DNA of 32,000 bases from Promethearchaeota archaeon. Lineage in GTDB: Archaea; Asgardarchaeota; Lokiarchaeia; Sigyniarchaeales; SOKP01. Below are positions 27,361 through 32,000 of this stretch, in pieces; the first letter of the stretch is position 1, and every line of letters starts with the position of its first letter. The position numbers and the translations under genes were made by a program. The notes beneath the pieces are model-generated. The model had not been told where the DNA came from. It was given only the letters and a program-made list of their open reading frames with translations, and searched no databases. Location of the stretch: assembly GCA_030606485.1 (NCBI GenBank), contig JAUWGH010000005.1:270001-302000 (forward strand), written 5' to 3'.

Positions 27361-27969
27361 TCAAGGAGGAATTTGGACTCTACTTTCATAATCTCTTTTG
27401 ATTATGCTTGCAAGTCCAGATCGTAGAGTGAGAATACTCGTATCTATTCTTTCTGAACCTTTAAAAAGTGTAGGACATTGTGGATTATTTTTGTGTTTTT
27501 CCATGTGATTTTCAAAAATAAAATTTTGTTCTCTTTCCGAAGCAAATATAATATCTAAAAGTGCGCTAAGTTCATATTCTTGAATTGTATCTTTAAATAT
27601 ATCCCTTAAAATTTTGTTATACTTGAGAAAGAAGGAAGAAATAAAATAGTCAATTACAAGATTTGAGTTATTACTAGGAAAATGCGTTTTAATTAAATGT
27701 AACATATATCTACTCCTAATCTTTTGCGCTCTAATCCATTCAAGAGCAAAATCTAAAAGAGTTTTATCTTTCTTTAAATATTTACTATAATAATTAATTA
27801 TTTCTACATTACTTTCTTGAGAAGGTCCTACTGATTGATTATCAACTAACCATTGTGCAATTATTTTAACTTTATTTTTTTCTGTACTCTTTAAAATGTT
27901 TTCAGTAACCCGATAATTATCCAAAAATCTCTCTCTGTTAATTTTATAAAGATCATTCATTTTTTCCAT
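27361..27969 (-). CDS. Hypothetical protein
   Basis: 202-aa ORF co-oriented with its neighbours; no recognised motif. Confidence 0.7.
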   Translation of the reverse strand: MEKMNDLYKINRERFLDNYRVTENILKSTEKNKVKIIAQWLVDNQSVGPSQESNVEIINYYSKYLKKDKTLLDFALEWIRAQKIRSRYMLHLIKTHFPSNNSNLVIDYFISSFFLKYNKILRDIFKDTIQEYELSALLDIIFASEREQNFIFENHMEKHKNNPQCPTLFKGSERIDTSILTLRSGLASIIKRDYESRVQIPP

Positions 27970-27982
27970 TTTTTAACTTCTC

Positions 27983-29026
27983 TTAATCTTTTTTATCAAG
28001 AATTTCTTGAATTTTTTCAAGTTCGATGTTTGAAGTCGCTGCCCAATTTTTTAAGATAAAATGTGGATTAATAATTTTTATAAAATTTTCAAAAGAAATA
28101 TTTCCATCCAACATTTTTCTTAAATTCTTCTTATAAAAGGATCTATTTTTTACATGTTCGGATTCATCTTCCATTGGAATTAAAATCACGCCATAACTCT
28201 TTTTAATATCATCATCTTCAGAATATTCTTCTAAATAGAGCACCTTTTTATCTTTTGCCCCTAATTCGATTTGTCTTATGTTGGAATTCACATTTACCAT
28301 CTCAAAAATATCCAGTGTAATGTTTGTCATCTTTTCATAGTATTCTGTTAAAATAACCATAACATAATAGGATGGAATATCTTCCAAATGTTCCCTTCTT
28401 AACGGATCATCTTTACTAAATGTATAAATGTTCAATTCCTTTATACTCAAATCCCGAGATCTCTTTCTTTCTATAACACCAACACAATAATACTTTAATT
28501 GCTCTTTCCAATATATTTTTCGTGTGGAACCAAGAGAATATTCAATTAAATTAATACCACGCTCTAACTCTTTTTCTAATAATTGTTGAACTTTAATTTC
28601 CGAATCTACTACTTGTCGATACATAGATCTTACTTGAAGCAAACTAGGATGAATGTAATTCATCATTTTTTTGTAAATAAAATTAATATCTTCAGTATAG
28701 GGAGAAGCAATAATTGCAAAAAGATTTGTAACCCCTTTATCCGTAATAATTGAGGAGTTAAGGTTAAACATTGATTGAATAATCGAAGTGTCTTCAGTAT
28801 CTTGCGTTTTAAAAGATAGTGTGGATTCTATAAATTTAATTACCCAATTAAAAGATCTTGAATATGCCTTAGTTAAAAAAACTGGTCCAAAAAATTTTAA
28901 TGGAAGTACCATTAACTCTTGTTTTTTTAACTCAGTAAGTTCTTTAGAGAATTTAATATTTTCATAAATTATATTATTCTCATCTGCAAAGAATAAACCG
29001 AGAATGAAATCATTTAATTCGTGCAA
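27983..29026 (-). CDS. Hypothetical alpha/beta protein (possible tandem longin-like domains); TTG start
   Basis: 347-aa ORF with two alternating strand/helix blocks; the fold call is tentative. Confidence 0.65.
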   Translation of the reverse strand: MHELNDFILGLFFADENNIIYENIKFSKELTELKKQELMVLPLKFFGPVFLTKAYSRSFNWVIKFIESTLSFKTQDTEDTSIIQSMFNLNSSIITDKGVTNLFAIIASPYTEDINFIYKKMMNYIHPSLLQVRSMYRQVVDSEIKVQQLLEKELERGINLIEYSLGSTRKIYWKEQLKYYCVGVIERKRSRDLSIKELNIYTFSKDDPLRREHLEDIPSYYVMVILTEYYEKMTNITLDIFEMVNVNSNIRQIELGAKDKKVLYLEEYSEDDDIKKSYGVILIPMEDESEHVKNRSFYKKNLRKMLDGNISFENFIKIINPHFILKNWAATSNIELEKIQEILDKKD

Positions 29027-29206
29027 AATACTTTAAGTTTTTACTTTTCTATAAACTCATAATAAAATTATTGATTTTTATTTGTTTACTCCAAAATCTA
29101 TATATAGTCAATATAAAATTATTCAAAACTAAAAGAAGTAGGTATATTAAAAATTCAAGGAGAAGAATATTAGTTTACATAATAAGTGGATTTTTCTAAG
29201 AGAAAT

Positions 29207-29572
29207 TTAAATTAATAGGGCAATCTTCTGAGCAGATCGTTTACAATCTAACATTATTAGTCCGAGTTTCACATCAACCGTTGTTGAGACCGTTAGAACG
29301 GCGTTTTCCCCACAGTACATAACTAATAAAATGCCATTTGTCCCCCTTACAAGGATATGTTCAAGGATACCCTTGTTTAACTCCATTGCGGCACGCTCGC
29401 CAAGTGAAATAATAGCTGCCGTCATTGCGGCTATGCGTGTTTCATCAATCCCTGCCTCTAAAGCCGAAGCGATTGGAAGTCCCTCCGCACTAACGATAGC
29501 TGCAGCTTTAATCTCAGGAATGGATGAAAGCAATTGTCTCAGAATAGAATCTAATGTTTCGATACTGTCCAT
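29207..29572 (-). CDS. Roadblock/LC7 (MglB-like) domain protein
   Basis: IKAAAIVSAEGLPIAS, DETRIAAMTAAIISLGERAAMEL, ILVRGTNG, AVLTV, KLGLI. Confidence 0.92.
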   Translation of the reverse strand: MDSIETLDSILRQLLSSIPEIKAAAIVSAEGLPIASALEAGIDETRIAAMTAAIISLGERAAMELNKGILEHILVRGTNGILLVMYCGENAVLTVSTTVDVKLGLIMLDCKRSAQKIALLI

Positions 29573-29595
29573 ATTTCAATCTTGATTTTTTTTGG

Positions 29596-29603
29596 TATAT
29601 ATT
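29596..29603 (-). promoter_or_regulatory. Putative TATA box for the roadblock gene
   Basis: AATATATA on the minus strand, 24-31 nt upstream of ATG 29572, consistent with a leaderless or short-leader archaeal promoter. Confidence 0.4.
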
Positions 29604-29671
29604 GAAATTAAGAGTATTAATGTGAGTATTCTTTTAATATATAATTGTTTTATTATTTTAAAAATATATTT

Positions 29672-29696
29672 TTTTGTTATTAAACTAATAACAAAA
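29672..29696. promoter_or_regulatory. Perfect 11-bp inverted repeat (TTTTGTTATTA-aac-TAATAACAAAA), candidate operator
   Basis: Seen directly in the divergent intergenic region between the roadblock gene and rpoE'. Confidence 0.4.
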
Positions 29697-29855
29697 TTTA
29701 GATGTGTTATAGTAGGTGTGGGGATTAAGTTTTACATTGCAATCTTATAAGTAATTATTTTGTAAAATGATTATTTTGCATGTATGATTTCTCTAATATA
29801 ATAAAATATTTATTTTATTGTGCTTTAAGCTTATAAAATAAGAGAAAATAAAAAC

Positions 29856-30488
29856 ATGTTTAAGCTCATAACGCTTGAATCAACCTTGGAAATCCCGCCC
29901 TTTCTTTACTCGCAAGATAAAAAGATTTCAGCAAGAATAATTCTCAGCGATGATTATGAAGGCACGGTTACCAAAGAATTTGGTTTTATCATTGCAGTTG
30001 TTGATGTATTAGACGTTGGGTTAGGAATGGTTATCCCTAGTTCAGCTAATACATTTCATAAAGTAAGTTTTAGAATATTAACATTTAGGCCTTCAATCTC
30101 GGAGGTTGTGCGAGGTGCATGCGTTGAGATTGTGGATTTTGGTGCATTTATTCGGCTTGGTCCTTTAGATGCGCTTGTGCATGTAAGTCAGATATGTGAT
30201 GATTATATTGTGTATGAAGAAAGTGCGTATAGATTTTTAGGGAAAGAGACCGGAAAGATCTTAGAGGTAAATGATATAGTGCGCGCACGTATAATAGCCG
30301 TCTCTTTAGGTGGTGGTCGCACAGCAAAATTGGGATTAACAATGAGACAACCATTTTTAGGTAAAGACGATTGGATTGAGCGAGATCTTGCAGAATATTA
30401 TAAAGATGCGGAGGAGACGGAGGCTCCCGAAGAAGAGGCGGAGAAAATGGAGAAGAAACCAGCATCCAAAAAGAAAAAAAAGAAATAA
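29856..30488 (+). CDS. rpoE1: DNA-directed RNA polymerase subunit E' (Rpo7)
   Basis: GFIIAVVDV, FGAFIRLGPLDALVHVSQI, VRARIIAVS, KLGLTMRQPFLGK.DWI. Confidence 0.96.
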   Translation: MFKLITLESTLEIPPFLYSQDKKISARIILSDDYEGTVTKEFGFIIAVVDVLDVGLGMVIPSSANTFHKVSFRILTFRPSISEVVRGACVEIVDFGAFIRLGPLDALVHVSQICDDYIVYEESAYRFLGKETGKILEVNDIVRARIIAVSLGGGRTAKLGLTMRQPFLGKDDWIERDLAEYYKDAEETEAPEEEAEKMEKKPASKKKKKK

Positions 30489-30538
30489 ATTGATAAATTT
30501 ATATTAACTATATTAAAAATTGAGTTGATTGCTAAAAA

Positions 30539-30736
30539 ATGGTATCTGATGAGAAGGCGTGTAAAAACTGCCATTTAATTACCAGAAAAGATAAATCAAT
30601 GTGTCCAAAATGTAAAACTCACACACTTAGCGATGATTTTTCGGGTGAAGTAATTATTTTAGATCCTCCTAATTCAAAAATTGCTCGTTACATGAATATC
30701 AACATAAAGGGAAAGTACGCTCTTCGCGTAAGATAG
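30539..30736 (+). CDS. spt4: Transcription elongation factor Spt4 (RpoE'')
   Basis: KACKNCHLI...CPKC...LSDDFSGEVIILDP..SKIA...GKYALRVR, directly after rpoE'. Confidence 0.95.
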   Translation: MVSDEKACKNCHLITRKDKSMCPKCKTHTLSDDFSGEVIILDPPNSKIARYMNINIKGKYALRVR

Positions 30737-30859
30737 GTATAGTATCCCTCCTGCACTCAATTCCACTTTTTGGCAAACTTCTGAAGACTTTACAGATTTG
30801 GTTTTTCATGCCTTATTTTTCTTAAAGATTTATTTTTAATTAAAGTCATATTTATAATA

Positions 30860-31450
30860 ATGAAAGATCTTCGGCTCCCTCTAAATCAACGTAGAAGATT
30901 CACACAACCCTTAGGTAAATTAATATCGGGAAGACGGGAGGATACAATTGCAGAGGTTGTTTCATTTTTTAAGCAAGAGAGGGAGTTAAATGAAGGATTG
31001 GATTATAAGATTTATTGTGTAGGGGATATTGTCACTCAAGATTTTTTGGAAAATGCATATTTGAGGGAAATGATAAAGATTTGTATTATTGATGAAAAGA
31101 CTAAAAGACAAAGAATTGATACCCCTTTCAAGGAATTTTTTGAGCAGATAATTGAATTAAAAAATCCCACGGGAACAATTTCTAAGGATATGTGGTCAAA
31201 ATTAAAGGAGTTAATCGAAAATAATCGAAGAGTATTAGTAAAAATTGTTGATGGAGAAGAGGATTTATTAGTAATCCCATTAATTTCCGGATTTTCACTT
31301 TCTGAAAGTATTAAATCCTATGTTTTTTATGGACAACCTCCTGTTACAGATTCCGAAAAACCTATTCCTGAAGGTCTGGTTATGCTTGAGGTGACTAAAC
31401 AAATTCAGAGAATAGTAACTGAGCTTACCAAGCTAATGGAAAAATATTAA
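30860..31450 (+). CDS. dpck: GTP-dependent dephospho-CoA kinase (DUF359)
   Basis: VGDIVT, IIDEKTKR, NPTGTIS, VDGEEDLLVIP, YGQP; conserved position after spt4. Confidence 0.9.
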   Translation: MKDLRLPLNQRRRFTQPLGKLISGRREDTIAEVVSFFKQERELNEGLDYKIYCVGDIVTQDFLENAYLREMIKICIIDEKTKRQRIDTPFKEFFEQIIELKNPTGTISKDMWSKLKELIENNRRVLVKIVDGEEDLLVIPLISGFSLSESIKSYVFYGQPPVTDSEKPIPEGLVMLEVTKQIQRIVTELTKLMEKY

Positions 31451-31707
31451 GAGAGGAGTGATTCTTCCCGAATTAAAGACTCTAATTCTTGTTTCTTCCA
31501 TCTGTATATACGAAATACATATTTTATGGTTATTTCAATTCCAATTAAATAAGGAATCACTATACCCAGGATAAATAGAAGCATCCATCCTCCAGTTAAT
31601 ATATTTTTAATATTCAAGAAAAAGATAAAAAGTAATATAAAGATGATGATTTCACAAATAATAAAAATTATCAACTTCTTTAGATTTTTTTTATAAATAT
31701 ATTTCAT
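31447..31707 (-). CDS. Small two-TM membrane protein of unknown function
   Basis: 86-aa ORF with two hydrophobic helices; fills the gap between dpck and rps24e with no competing ORF; 4-nt 3' overlap with dpck. Confidence 0.5.
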   Translation of the reverse strand: MKYIYKKNLKKLIIFIICEIIIFILLFIFFLNIKNILTGGWMLLFILGIVIPYLIGIEITIKYVFRIYRWKKQELESLIREESLLS

Positions 31708-31783
31708 AGACCAAAAATGTTTTATTTTATTCTTTATTTTAACTAATATTAATAGAGTAGATAAAAAGATTTAGATTTTAGAT

Positions 31784-32000
31784 ATGGTTCTCGGTATTGA
31801 AATAATTGAAGAAAAGAAAAATGAGCTTGTCAATCGACTTGAATTAAAATTCAAATTAGATAATAAAGGAAAAGGAACTCCAAACCGTATAGATTTCAAA
31901 AAGGAGATCGCGGCTCAAAAAACAGTAGATGAAAATTTAACGATTATTAGGAATATAAAAACTCATTTTGGGACGTCTTCAATATCTGGGCTTGCTCATA
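31784..32000 (+). CDS. rps24e: 30S ribosomal protein S24e (truncated by the window end; absent from the ORF track)
   Basis: Hand translation MVLGIEIIEEKKNELVNRLELKFKLDNKGKGTPNRIDFKKEIAAQKTVDENLTIIRNIKTHFGTSSISGLAH matches the S24e pattern (N.L..R, TP.R, T.FG...G.A); expected position after dpck. Confidence 0.92.
   Translation, partial: MVLGIEIIEEKKNELVNRLELKFKLDNKGKGTPNRIDFKKEIAAQKTVDENLTIIRNIKTHFGTSSISGLAH

Noticed and set aside
30731-30745. Two near-tandem TAG codons after spt4 as possible pyrrolysine readthrough
   Set aside because: Spt4 ends at its normal conserved C-terminus (YALRVR), so no extension is needed.
30737-30859. Relatively GC-richer spt4-dpck spacer with a weak hairpin (CAAA..TCTG/CAGATTTG) and a 36-codon antisense ORF; considered as a SECIS-like element or ncRNA
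   Set aside because: The stem is short and bulged, there is no proper apical stem, I saw no selenoprotein-like in-frame TGA gene nearby, and the antisense ORF has no recognisable features.
2533-31707. Other short ORFs nested in longer genes (e.g. 2533-2763, 3241-3426, 5512-5763, 6926-7132, 8730-8954, 12031-12237, 13832-14054, 15111-15636, 19463-19908, 20276-20473, 21046-21285, 21434-21667, 23537-23731, 25431-25613, 29331-29585, 30148-30465)
   Set aside because: Each lies within or mostly overlaps a longer gene with a recognised family or stronger coding signal, and shows no motif.
1-32000. CRISPR arrays, tRNA/rRNA genes, IS elements, integrases
   Set aside because: No regularly spaced repeats, GC-rich structured RNA islands, terminal inverted repeats or transposase/integrase motifs seen by eye. 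A tRNAscan/Infernal run would be needed to fully exclude small RNAs.

Overview
Very AT-rich, gene-dense archaeal chromosomal window, most consistent with an Asgard archaeon (Lokiarchaeia-like). This is inferred from a divergent EF-2, roadblock, longin-like, V4R and Rag/Arf-like GTPase genes alongside the archaeal rpoE'-spt4-dpck-rps24e cluster. Housekeeping genes are cca, EF-2 (paralog-like), engB, taw1, a nucleoside phosphorylase, tfb, M20 and M29 peptidases, a HAD-IIA hydrolase, a CTP-dependent polyprenol/DAG kinase, an SDR, rpoE', spt4, dpck and a truncated rps24e. I saw no CRISPR array, tRNA/rRNA or mobile element. The unusual content lies in protein architecture: a 12-TM MFS-like transporter fused to a longin-like domain, a Rag/Arf hybrid GTPase with extra N- and C-terminal modules, a 1091-aa pseudo-GTPase/helical solenoid with a duplicated C-terminal domain, a Taw1 with a ~95-aa winged-helix-like insertion, an ECF-S/DUF2085 fusion, two adjacent membrane proteins sharing one zinc ribbon, and an M20 peptidase with altered metal ligands. 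The 17.9-29.6 kb segment may be a loose nutrient-sensing neighbourhood reminiscent of Rag/Ragulator/transceptor signalling, but this is speculative. All family calls come from motif recognition by eye; no database searches were run.
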